From Diadema antillarum (Eukaryota), in NCBI RefSeq assembly GCF_040938485.1, contig NW_027271416.1, positions 1-64,000 on the forward strand: 64,000 bases of DNA, read 5' to 3'. The notes under the pieces were generated by a model. The model saw nothing but the letters and a program-made list of their open reading frames with translations, had not been told where the DNA came from and did not search any database. Shown piece after piece: positions 1-12,900 of the stretch (its first letter is position 1; each line of letters opens with the position of its first letter). The position numbers and the translations under genes were made by a program.

Positions 1-779
1 AAGTCAGATATTTTATCCTGCACGGGGCCCCGTACAGTAGCTCCACGGCCTCCAAAGTGTTTTGCTTTATTCTCTTTATTGTTTGCATCTCTTCTTCTTC
101 TTAAATATGCGCTCCTTCGTCTTCATTTTCGTGACAACGACAACGCGTCCTCCTCCTCATCATCAGTTTTGCTGTTCTGGCAAACATTTTCCAGCGTATC
201 GGCTACGTTCGATTTTAGAGCGGCGAGAGCGGAAGGCATGCATAATTGAGTCTGGAAAAGCGTAGGAACAGCGTAGCTAAAGCGGCCAACAGCGTTATCG
301 AAGCAGGAATGAAGCGTCGTAGGAACAGGCCTTGATTTTATACGAGAGTAGAGAACTTAGTGAGAGCGGCGTTAAAGCGGGAAGGTCGTGCTTTGATCAA
401 GAAAGCGGCGCAACAGCGGGACCATGTCGTCGGTGTCTAGTTTATTCTATATTTCCCGTTCTTGTGCCGCTGTTACTACGGTCAGAAAAACCTGGAATTG
501 TTACGCTCATCCCGCGGTATTTACACTGTCACTGCTCTCTCCCCGTTTGAGCTACGATTCAAAATAGGTCAATCTTGATGGGGAGATGAGAAAGAAATTT
601 TGAACCAGTTCAAAATTTCTTCCCGATCTGTAAAATTGCCAGATCCAACCCCATCACCCAAACGCTGCTGCTACGATGCTCCCGGTCCCCGTACACTTTT
701 GCCGCTCTCTCCCGATCTGACAGATAGAATAGATCGGGATGCAGATCTTGATAGTGGAATTACATTTTTTTTTTTTGGG

Positions 780-2326
780 GGGGGGGGGGGGGGACACTTT
801 AGGAACACCCCGTGGGGCCCCGTACAGCTATATAACTGGTTTCGGTGTTTTTGATACATCGTTGAGTACTACTTCCATTGCAAAAGAAATTATAGCAGTG
901 ATTCTTTTCACTTAGAATAAAATAATACGGGAGCACTTTCCAGCTACTGGCTGGGGGCCCCTTAACTGGATGGGTTTGTGTTTTACGTATCTCAGCTGTT
1001 AATTCCACTGCCAAGGAAAGTAGGCATACATGACTCTTTTCACCTAAAAACACTTAATTCATATGGGGTGGGAATACCTTGGGGCTATACCTGTCAAGGG
1101 CCCTGCATCCGGGCCAATATCGCACCTCTTTTAATCGAATTCTTTAATGTTGAATTAAATTTAGCAAAATTTTCGCCTAGATGACATGGTAGTTCAATGT
1201 CATATTAATCTCTTCATTCAAATTTATTTTGAAACATTCACATTACCTCTAACCTTATTCTAAATAACACTTTTTCAACTGAAATCCATATATAAGACAA
1301 GTACCATTCCACTATCCGTTCATTCATAAATTCATAATGATATAGTCACGTGATTACATGCTGCGCTCGTTCATTCAAATTTATTTCTAGAAATATGATA
1401 CTTTTACTGCTTTATAACAGTAATTTATAGATGAAACGAAAACACACATAGAAAGACATGTTAAAATGATCTGAAACAAAGAAATAGCATGATTTGAATT
1501 TGAATGAACACGTTTGGAATTCGACTGTCTTTCGCGAAATCTAATGACTGAAATATACCTTTTTCGGCAAGTCAAGGCGAATTTGAATGAACGTAGGGTA
1601 CCAGCCAATTTGAATACCCATTTTACGAATTCGAACCTTCTATCATATGAACCAACAAAAGTGCGAAATTGGCTGGGAAAACCTAACTGGCTTTGATGTT
1701 TTGGGTATCTATGATGTAAACTAAGGCCTACTTCGATTGTAAAAGAAAAACAACTATGACTCTTTTCAGCTAAATGATGTCATAATAATTATGTGGGGGA
1801 GGGGCACTTTATGGCTACTGTAACCTGGGCCCAGTACAAGATGAAATGACTGGTTTTCGTAATATGGTCATCTTGGTTGTGCACTATACAGAAGTATGCT
1901 TCCTTTGCAAATTTCTTGAGTGTTTTGCAACTGTAACCTATGGGACCCCGTATACAGGATAAGATGACTTGCTTTAGTGTTTGTGATATCTCTGTTCAGT
2001 AGGCCCTGATATTAACGTTACAAAAGAATTTGTAAGACCATTTTCAGCTGATTCACAGTACATGACATTGTATAATGGATGGGACACTGTGGAGCTACTG
2101 TCTGGGGCTCTGTGAAGGATAAGAAAAAAAAACTAGCCTTGGTGTGTTGAATATCTCTGATAGGTACTTCTTCCAGTGCAAAAGAAATTACCCGTGTTTG
2201 GGGCTATACTGTGCGGGGCCCCGTATAGGATAAAATAAATGGGTTTGGTATGTTGGATATCTCTGATGGGTACTACTTCCATTGCAAAAGAAATTAGCTG
2301 TGACCCTTTTCAGCTGAATGAAACTA

Positions 2327-2367
<41 letters not shown>

Positions 2368-2513
2368 GAGAGGGGGAGGGGGCACTTTGGGGCTACTGTC
2401 TGGGGCCCCCGTACAGGATAAAATAACTGGCTTTGGTGCTTTGAATATCTCTGATGGGTATACTTCCATTGCAAAAGAAACTAGCGGTGACCCATTTTGG
2501 CTGAATGAAACTA

Positions 2514-2579
<66 letters not shown>

Positions 2580-3700
2580 GTGTTGGAGGGGGGTGCACTT
2601 CGGGGCTACTGTCTGGGACCCCGTACAGGATAAAATAACTGGCTTTAGTGTTTTGGATATCTCTGATGAGTATGCCTACTACTTTCAATTGCAAAAGAAA
2701 GTAGCCATGACCCTTTTCAGCTGAATAAAATCAATGTGTGTGTGTGGGGGGGGGGGGGGAGGAGGGAGCAATTTGGGGCTACTGACTGGGGCCCCGTGCA
2801 GGATAAAATAGCTGGCTTTGGTATTTTGGATATCTCTGATGGGTACTACTTCCATTGCAAAAGAAATTAGCCGTGACTCTTTTCAGCTAATGAATGAAAC
2901 TAATGTGTGTGTGTGTGGGGGGGGGGGGGGGGGGGCTCCTTTGGGGCTACTGTCCGGGGCCCCGTACTGGATAACATAGCTGACTTTGGTGTTTTTGATA
3001 TCTCTGATGGGTACTCCTTCCATTGCAAATGAATTTAGCCGTGACTCATCTCAGCTGCACGAATGAAATCAATGTTTGTGTGTGTTTGTACGTATGGCCT
3101 ATGGGGGTGGGGCACTTTGGGGCTACTGTCTGGGGCCCCGTACAGGATAAAGTAGCTGGTATTGGTGTTTTGGATATCTCTGATGGGAACTACTTCGATT
3201 GCAAAAGAAATTAGCCGTGACTCTTTTCAACTGAATAAAATCAATGTTTGTGTGTGTTTGTACGTAGGCCTATGGGGGTGGGGCCCTTTGGGGCTACTGT
3301 CTGGGGCCCCGTACAGGATAAAATAGCTGGCTTTGGTGTTTTGGATATCTCTGATGGGAACTACTTCCATTGCAAAAGAAATTAGCCGTGACCATTTTCA
3401 GCTGAATAATACCATATTTGTGGGGCCCTTTGGGGCTACTGTCTGGGGCCCCGTACAGGATAAAATAGCTGGCATTGCTGTTTTCATGATAAGTACACCC
3501 AAAGGGACAATATCCACCAACTTTTGTCCGTGACCCCCTTCGGCTGAATAAATCCATTTTTCGGGGTCCCTTTTTGTGGTCCCTAGGCTTACGGTACAGG
3601 ATGTGACTTGCCAGCAATTCATTTTATTGACCCTTGGACACATCCTTATATGATGAGACCATTAAAAAGTGTGACCCTTTTCAGCTGATTAAATCTTCTG
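780..3700. repeat. Complex minisatellite, about 14-15 units of roughly 140-210 bp, with variable (GT)n/poly-G spacers
   Basis: Conserved core ggggctactgtctggggccccgtacaggataaaatagctggctttggtgttttggatatctctgatgggtactacttccattgcaaaagaaattagccgtgac at about 2200, 2390, 2602, 2775, 2943, 3120, 3289 and 3432. Degenerate units at about 800, 942, 1081, 1812, 1932, 2090 and 3580. Confidence 0.9.
1109..1683. mobile_element. Non-autonomous TIR element inserted into a minisatellite unit
   Basis: Imperfect TIR (ccgggccaatatcgcac at 1109; gtgcgaaattggctgggaaaacc-TA ending 1683). About 1495-1683 is the reverse complement of 61987-62280. Confidence 0.6.
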
Positions 3701-6224
3701 GGCCCCCGGTCTAATAGAACTCTGCGTCAGCGGTGGGGGACAAGACATTAAAGCATGTTAACAAAAAGTACCGGTTGTATTGTGTGACCTATGTCAGTCA
3801 AAACCACAGACAACGATTATTCGCTATATGAAATAAACAAAGTTAATGGAGATTTTCTTTTTGTCAGCTCATTGCTCTGGTGTGCCCTTGGATTTTCTCT
3901 TAAATATCGGGGATTATATACAGTGCTATTCTTCATGGTGATGCGAGGCCAGAACAAACGCAAGGCTGACGAAGTCTAAATAAGGGGGGGGGGGGGGGTG
4001 TTGCCTTGCTCTTATTTATATGGTGGTCAATTCCATAGAAATACAATTTTGCCGAGTAAATTTAGGAATTAGAGCGACAGATTTTGGTGTAAACCACAGT
4101 GGCGGCAAGTTAACAGATCTGAGTGAGACCAGCTGTGGGGGCAAGACCTATTCCTTTTTGCTCTTTTAGCCAGGTCTGGCTTGTAAGACTAAAATAGATC
4201 ATAGGATCCTCATATCCTTTAATTATACACATGTCATGGTCTAGACAAGGTTTTCCATTGAAAAAGAATGTTATTGAAAATAAGAAGATACCCCCACAAA
4301 AAAAAGATACAAATAACAACAACCAGACTCTATTTATTCTTATATGAGTGATAACTTCATATGTAGGCAAAAATATCAAATGCAAGTTAGATAACAAGAA
4401 AAATGCATTATACAGAAAACCAAAACCTACACTGAAATTTCGAAGTATGAATCCAGGGAAAGAAAAAAGAAAAAACAAACAAACAACAACTCCAGAAAAA
4501 TAACACTTGGAAGGAAACAAATTTACATTTTAGAATAAGGGATTTTTTTCCCCCTGCAATGAAAACTCCTGTCATTTCCCCAGAAATAAAATGCAATGCA
4601 TTATCTATCAATCTTTGTCATCAGTATTTGTTTTTTTTTTCTTTCTTTTTTGCCCAAATGTTATTACTTCAAGTCAAGACCGAGTTGGAGGGCCAAGAAT
4701 ATTACATGCAACCACAATTTCTATTTTCTCCAGAGAGTATCATAAGGTATGAAGTTGACAGTAATCGGCATAACATTGATATGGGGGGGGGGGGGTGTCT
4801 TCAAACTTAACAAAAGGTTGAAAAGTACAATTTAACAGGTTGTTTTCAATGTCATAGAATCATTGCTTATAACATTCATGATGGAAGTTGGGGAAGTTTT
4901 AGCTAACAGAACTTACAAAGTGTCACCCTTCCTACAACTTAATTCCCTTATTAAAACATAAGCAATTTTGTTTTCAAACTCAAAAATGTAAAAACTAAAG
5001 TACACTGATTTTCATGTCTTCGTATTTCATACACTTTTTCAATTTCATCTTTTCATATGCAGCCCATTTACACTGCAATATTTTAATAACATCAAATATA
5101 CTTTAGTAAGTCAAAAACTGCTGTCCAAACTCAAACTCAAGGCATATAACCAAACTCAAAGTATAATCATTCTCACTAATCACAATAATACAGAATAATG
5201 AAATGACATGAATAGACATCTTATAATTACATCCAAATGAGTACTTGGTTAATTTTTTTTTTCATCTACAGCAAAAACAAAAACAAAAAACAAAGAATAT
5301 GCATATATGAAGGAAGTAATAAATTACAACTAATCAATTAAAAAGTACATGAGAACTCTGCTTCAAACCCTTGTTCATCACAAAGCATATTGTAGTAGAA
5401 GGCGTGCTTTTTTGGGGCAACTACATTCATGAGAAACACTGCCTGATTAGTAATCACTACACACATGAAGGAATATTGCAGCATAGTGAAGTTTGTTTTG
5501 AACAGGGCTCTATATCAACATCAAATGAGGTAGAATACATTTAAGAAATAAAAAAGAAGATTCACAAGAAAAAAAAAAACTTGTCCTTTAGAGCCCAGAA
5601 ATGTCTCAATGTTACTAGTAAGTCAATAACTTAAAAGTAACTATGCCTTAAAACCCCCCTGGATAACTAATTACACTGAACAGTTCTTCACTTTTTAAAG
5701 TCATTTTAACATAATAAACTTCCCCTGCAATGATGGACTGAACAGCATAGTTGATCTTTAAAATTTCACTTTAGAGGGCGTTGGGGTCCCTCCGAGACCA
5801 CCGTGGGGCCACATGTTCGACAAGAACAGCTTTGTATCCTTACTCCCACGAATGAGTCCCCAAGAGTTTGGTTAAAATGCGGCCATAGGTTGTTGTTGTT
5901 GTTGTTGTTTGAAAGAAGATAATCAAATAGAAACAAACAAACAACAACAAATACACAGAATTGTGGGTGATCAATTGATGACTCAAAAACAATGCACAAA
6001 ACAAGACAGATACCAAACAAAGGCCAATGAAAATAGCAAACTTGAGCCCTTACTCAAGGTGAATGAACAAAACTGTTACCTAAGCAAACACAGTCGTGGC
6101 AATATTACTAATGGGTCAATGCAGTAAGATGGTTGATATGATTTCTTTGATAAGCATATACAGGATGTAAGTTTTCATTCACAGTGTAATGTTGCCCCCA
6201 CATGTGAATTTAAACACAGAGCTC

Positions 6225-6399
6225 CAGGGGCGGATCCAGGAATTCTGTAAAGGGGGGGGGGGGGGGGGGCGTAAATAATATTTCTGGTGCCACTTCCGGG
6301 TTTCATTTCATTTTTTTTTCCTTTTCATTTCTTTTGTTTTTAACGATAAATAAGGGGGGGGGGGTGCGCCTCTTGCGCCCCCCTCTGGATCCGGCACTG
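6225..6399. mobile_element. Short TIR element with poly-G interior (CAGGGGCGGATCCAG...CTGGATCCGGCACTG)
   Basis: Terminal inverted repeats; GAGCTC is present on both flanks. Confidence 0.55.
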
Positions 6400-8149
6400 G
6401 AGCTCTATTAAGGCGATAATACAAAATATCAAAGCCTTGCAAACACAAGGGAGATATGTTGCAAATTCTTGGAAGAGACACAAGAGAGTGTATTTGGCTA
6501 CACAGAAGCAGAATTTTCCCGATTAATTTTGACTTGGTTAACGTTGCATTTTTTCCAAGTTTCATATGTGTGTTGCATGGCTACAACCCATCATCTTTGT
6601 GATGATGAATGCACACAATACATTGTTTACATGCTACAAATTTGTTCATTGCTTCATTCTTATCATGAATGCAAAATAACAAAAGATGTGGTGTTCCTTT
6701 GTTTTCAAAGGAATTCTACAGCATTCACAGAACAAAACTCACTCCAGTCATATCTTATTTTCCAGTTCCAGCTCTATGTTCTCAGTACAGATTCAAGTTA
6801 AAGTAATGCTGATAATCACATAACTTTCCTGACAATTCAAACAATGGAAAAGTTTTATAAAGTTAACTTTCTGTATTATGAACAAGGCAAGATTCATGAT
6901 GCTCACAATTCCCACAAATCCACACGTGATGGAGTGACTTCACCAATTCATAAAACTTATGCATGAAGAAAGACTCATATGACACTAAAAAATCAGTCAC
7001 ATATTTACATCATATACATTAATACAAACATTCTCAACCCACCATTGCACATTCGAAACAGGCCATCTTTCCATCGCTACTGATTTGACTTCACCAACGA
7101 TCAAAAATTGGATCAAAAGTGAAGCTTTAGGAAGTTTAGGATACAAACAATTGCAATTATGTACATGACTCCTAGTTGGGAGTAGAGAGGACAAGAACGT
7201 GGAATCGCAACATGCTCATGTGACAGATAATGAGGATTTAAAATACATCAACTTGGTAGATATAAATAGAGTGATGAAGATGGAAGTGATCATATCGTTG
7301 TTGATGCATGTTAGCAATTTCCCCACCAACTCTTTCAGTTTCATGCGACACTAGAACTGTCTTATTTGTTTAATATGCACTAGAGCAAGACATACAAAAT
7401 CTGTCTTCTAAATTCTATGAGAGGTATCACGACAATGGATCTCATCAAACTTCCTAGAAAATGTGGAATAAAATCAAACATCTACTTTGATGAACTTTTC
7501 CCTGATTAATCACATCTTTGTGGTATCTGGGTCCCATTTTATCTAGAGTTAAATTTGATTTGATCTTTCCCTACTGCAAAGACTGGCATAGACTCACAAA
7601 CAGAATCAACAGTATGATCAATTTTATCTCTTGATAAAATAGGCCCCTGTTCAAGTTAATACTTTACTAGACAGTTGTCCCACACTGTTTGTGTCTAATA
7701 ACAAATAAATCTTGATCTAGTTTCTCTTCTCTCACTCTGTCTATTATGTTTCTCACTTACAAAATGTGACTCAATTCTCTCAAAAGTCTGACAAGCTCAG
7801 GAATTCTATCTTGGCAAGCAAAAAAAAAAAAAAAAAATCATGTTTAGGGTGTAGAAATCTGCATATTTGTGAGACCTGCCATGACTTCGGTCAATTTGTT
7901 GCCTGCATATAAGCAGTTGAACGGCAACGTCATGACCAGGCATCATTTTGGTACAATTCTTCACTACAACAACCCATCAAACAAGAAGAAAATTTTGTGG
8001 AATGTCTCATGGAGGATGCATGAAAACCAGACGAGTACACGATGAATGACATATCAACGAAAATGCAAGATACTTGTGTAATTCCAAGACTATATGCTGA
8101 CATGGCACAAGGCATGCTTTCTACAGCAGTGTGAGACTTGTGCATTATA

Positions 8150-8978
8150 CGGCCGTGATCTGGCAATTCGTTTGAAGCGATTTCGAGATATTCACTTTTA
8201 AAGTTTAAACGCCTGCCGTTTAACATAGTGATTTACATAACTTAGATGTGTTCTATATAACAAAAAGGAAACTTTTATGTTTTATCTAACTCAAAATACA
8301 TGCTCATTGCCACATATTTAAATTTATTAAAAGATACGTAGTTCTGCTTGATCATGAGAATCCCATAGATTGTGTACAAATATGACACGCGCATACGGAT
8401 TGGAACTTGAGATACGTAGTTCTGCCAGCCGCTCAAGCTGCCTCAATGAAGGAGTACGATCAGGCAAAACTACGTAACTATAGCAGTTACGCAGTTCTGC
8501 CAGCTCAATGATGTCATTTTTACCCCAAAACTTTGATATTTGAGAATTTCATTTTAAAAATGACAAAGAGTTATAACATCATATTTTAACATATTAAGCC
8601 CGCTGCACACCACACGATTTTGTCCCGATTCACCAGTTAAGACCTTAAGACTAGAAGTGTGACGTCACAGTCTTGCCAGTTTCCAGTCGTAAGACTGGGT
8701 CTTAGAGATTTGACATGTTGAATTTCTACGACCGGTCGTAGGCTTTCAGCCATTCACAATGCAGTAAAATGTAAGCACACGCAGGCGCTTTACAGTCGTA
8801 AGCCTGCTCATTTAGGTTCGGTCGTATAGTGTGCGGTGTCCGGTCGTACGACTTTAAGACCAGTCTGATCGTGTAGCGTGCGGGGGCCTTTAAGCATGAT
8901 GTTATGAAAAACTCAATAAGCTAAAAAACAAAAAATGTCAAAAAAAACGAGATATATAGTTCTGCCAAATCATGGCCG
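8150..8978. mobile_element. TA-flanked MITE containing a nested insertion
   Basis: TIR CGGCCGTGATCTGGCA / TGCCAAATCATGGCCG with TA on both sides; internal repeats of tagttctgc. Confidence 0.6.
8597..8889. mobile_element. PIF/Harbinger-like MITE nested in 8150-8978
   Basis: Imperfect TIR agcccgctgcacaccacacga / tcgtgtagcgtgcgggggcct with TTA on both flanks. Confidence 0.55.
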
Positions 8979-9869
8979 TATACAAGTTATTGTTTAAGCA
9001 ACAGTCCAGCAATCTCGGTACAAACATTAACAATCAGGTGTAGCACCTGTCACAGGAATGCTCAACACAGAGAATGATTCAGTAAAAGAATGATGTGCCG
9101 GTTGAGCCACACCTTACAGTATCAGTCATTGGATCTACTTCAGTTTCAATTTAAAAAGATTAGATACAAGTCACCTGGCATCCAACATCTTGATACTTGA
9201 GTCTAACCCTGTAGAACAGATATGGTTGGTGATGGCTCTTACACAGACATAATGATTTAATGAACAACATCCCACAATGGTGGTATGAGTCAAACAATAA
9301 TCTTGCTTGTCTGAAGGCTCCTTAAAAAAAAGGGGGGGGGAATTATCAGAGGAATGTCATAGTGATCACATATCAATTTGAAATGCATTTTATTACTATT
9401 GTTCTTGGATAGACTTGATGAATTCATTCTATATTCATCTAAACTTTCCCATGAAATTGTACGCATTTCAATTACAATTCAAATCATGGCAATATCAGGT
9501 CTATTACGGGCAAGTGACAGATCTGTGCACTTTTCTGGCTGGTTTTACAGATCTGAAGGAATGGCTGAAAATACCTCACAATCTTGAGGTCTCATACAGC
9601 TTTTGAAGGAGTCATTTCATCTCTGTTTTCTTTCTATCCTTGTTTTTATGACTAAAAAAGAGAAAAGCTCTTCTTCAGCTGACTTACCACTGATATCCCA
9701 CAGAAGGGTGGAGTAGTTTTCCTGCCGCAATTCACTGTAACAATATGTCATCTCAAAGATGCACAAGGTGGGTACACTGACCATTGTATGTTCCCCTCAG
9801 GAGCTCCTTTAAATGGAGGAAGGGGAGAGGGGTTTCTCTATGAGGAAGAGATCCATGGGGCTGCAGGGG

Positions 9870-9965
9870 CTAAAATCCTGCCTGAACTGCTGTTTCCATT
9901 TGACTGTTGGCAAGCTGCTGAGTCTCTTGCTGCAGCTGTCTCTCGCTTGCTTCAGATGGAAGAAT
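9870..9965 (-). CDS. INPP5K: INPP5K-like putative terminal coding exon
   Basis: Pyrimidine tract plus cag, then ILPSEASERQLQQETQQLANSQMETAVQAGF-stop in phase 0. No conserved motif, so inferred from phase and position. Confidence 0.55.
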   Translation of the reverse strand: MLPSEASERQLQQETQQLANSQMETAVQAGF

Positions 9966-12900
9966 CTGTGCAATGCAAGTGTTTGAGAAATACAGTTATT
10001 GGAAGAACATCATTGCAATAAATACCGTAGATGTTCAAAATGCTGATGTTATTGGAAGATTAAATCTGCATCTTTCGGTTATTGCTTTTTATATCTGAAT
10101 TCTCACACTGAGCCATCTCTGATTAAATTCAGGCAAACCTTCCAGTGATATACATGAACAAAGACAGCTTCCCGGATTTATATGCAGTTTCATAACAAGT
10201 GCTACAGGTATTAAAAAAAGAAACATGATACCTCCTCATTGATCATTGACCCATGACCAGTTGTTGTTGTTGTTGTTTTTGTTGTTTTCTCTGGGACCAG
10301 TATTACCACACATAAGGACACAACGATACGAAAATGAATTCCCACTGGTTCCTCATGCACTAACTTCTGTCTGATAAATGGTACTCTGTTATGTTACTTG
10401 CTAACATTATACTAAACGGCCAAGAGACTACTCGAGTTGGAGACTTATTACTATATTGAAATGCTATCTTATGAGACTTGCACTGTTGCTTTTAATTAGC
10501 TACATTTATCTTTATAGGTCTAAAATCCACTGTGGAATCACTGTAATTTATCTCTCATTTTGTCAACAATTATGAAACCATCCATATAAAACAGAACTGT
10601 AGTAAAACCAACTGTCAGGCATTCTCCATTTGCAACCTATTGAAATTGTCAGTTCAAACCTTCTAGAGAAAGATATTATGGCTGGAAACCTCCATCTCAG
10701 CTGACACTAGAGGGCAGTCTTACAGTAACAACTTCAGTGCTGTACAAATAAAGAGATTCTGGCCAACTGCTAAATTGGATGCCACGTTGTTACTCAGTGT
10801 ATTAGGTGTTAGAGGGTTAGCGTGTATGCTCAGATGTCATAATCAAAGTAGCCAAAGTAGAACTTAGTAAACAATGGGCACTGCATATATGCACTCTATA
10901 ATAGGTAACAACATGGCTCCATGTATGCCAAAAGACCAGCTATTGACCAATTGCAGGCTTCACAACTCATAAGTCAAAACCCTGAGTTGGCCAGACTCTC
11001 TTTATATACAGCACTGAACAACTCCATGGTTCTGTAGTGTAAAACATGTTGATTTCCAACAAAAACAACAAAAAACAGTACATGCATCTCTGTTGTTATA
11101 ATCCAGTCAATATCCAATGCCGAGCTGAAAGAATCATACTGGATTCCTTTTAGTAGCAATTATTGAACCTGCACACATGCAACTCCCAGAAACTACACAA
11201 GCTATTCAAAGAAATGTTTCCTGAACCATTTTGGTGAATGTTAAAAAATACTGTATACGCTGTTATTTTCGCGTACAAATATTTTCGCAAATGAGGAGGT
11301 CATCTAGACATTTTCACGAGATGCTGTTTTCGGGAACTGACGCTGACGCTAATGTAAATGCGCGATTACCCTAGCGCAAGGAGACATTTTCGCGTGTTGT
11401 TAAATTCGCGATCCAACTGAGATTCGCAAAATTTGCAAAAATTAAACCCTCGCGAAAACAACAGCTAATACAGTAAGTGTAACGCACAAGGAAAGTTTAA
11501 AGAAAACTACACAATATGTTCAAAATTACAATGCTTTCAAAATTTGAGGTCAGTGTGTGTGCTGCCCTATCTAGTTGGGAACACTGCAATTCCTGACAAC
11601 ACATCTGTAGAATGAAGTAATGATATGATATAATACTTCTTTTAATATATTCGTTCTACATAGTTGCACTTCTGTGACATCACAATTTGTTGTAGAGTTC
11701 CTATCTACAGAGGGCAGCACATGGAATGCACCTAACCTGTAAAAATTCATAACCTTTAAATGGATTAACCAATATTCCTCAAACGTACAGCTGAGTGTTT
11801 CACTTGTCTTTCTGTATTCACTAAATCTCCGCAACTTCCCCTCTGAAATGCACGATCTGCCTACTCACCCGAAAGACATTGGAGACGCCCAGAACACAAT
11901 TCATGGTTCTGCTGATGTAGCACAAGACATATTTAGTGCAAGTGTCCTCTGGGAGATAGCCTGAGCCAAACTTGATCTTACACATCCCTGAGTTGCTCTC
12001 TCCGTTCGGAACTGCGTAGACGTAGGTGACATAGTGCTTCTGGGCTGTGTGGAACCCGACCTGGATATTGATGGATGAAAGAGGAGGTTTAAACTTCCCA
12101 GCTACCACATTCCTAGTACACTTGAATTTCAATTAAATCATTATGTTGTTGCTTTTTACTCTTATTATCATTTTAATGACTTGCAAGGATGATGTAAGTA
12201 TGTACTTGAGATGTGAATTGGGTATGTTACATGCACATGTATACAATCTTGCCAAGTATGGGACTTACCTTGAAAAGGCCTATCCAGTCCCAGCTACTCG
12301 TTTTTGTATCAGGCAAGACTGAATAGATGCACTCAGCATCTTCTCCTTTCGACCAGGACTCAATCGGGACAAAGGATACCAAAGGCTGGACATCATCTGT
12401 CGTAACCTGCATAAAAAATTGAAGGAGTAAGAACAGACATGAACATAATAGAAAAGTTATATGGATTATGTTGAAGCATGATACTGCAAAGGCAATTTCT
12501 AGACATTACACAAACGATTATGGCAATATTGCAAAATATGACAACAATTTTGTGTGTCAACAAAGTCATAAACTAGATAAGAACCTGGACACTCTGAATT
12601 ATCCATTTGCATGACTCAAATCACCTCCGCAGTAACTCAGCAATACGTGTTAGGGTAACAGACTCAGTAACATTGCCTTCTTGCCAGCCAGCAATCCCAT
12701 TTGGGCATCCTTGCATTTGCTTTGCCAGGAAATCAACTTGTCTGTTCTGTCAAAAGTGTGCATCCTTGATATTGCTTTGCCATTAACTCAACATTGTCTC
12801 TTCTGTCAGCACATTTTCGTTATTATTATTTCCTTCTTCTTCTTCTTTTTTTTTTTTTTTTGGGGGGGGGTCACTTTGGCACAAGTTTGGAATTAACTCA

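Noticed and set aside
100-760. GC-richer segment with repeated agcg words and a cccgatct/agatcggg hairpin
   Set aside because: Probably part of a repeat, but I could not establish termini or a coding signal.
2188-2724. ORFs with HT/CV repeats (also near 35770, 41326, 50006 and 63015)
   Set aside because: Translations of (GT)n/(CA)n/(TA)n microsatellites.
2200-3480. CRISPR-like repeat-spacer look of the minisatellite
   Set aside because: Repeats exceed 120 bp, spacers are simple microsatellites, the context is eukaryotic and there are no cas genes.
12690-12820. ~57-bp tandem duplication in INPP5K intron 6
   Set aside because: Two diverged copies, no splice signals or frame; ordinary intronic duplication.
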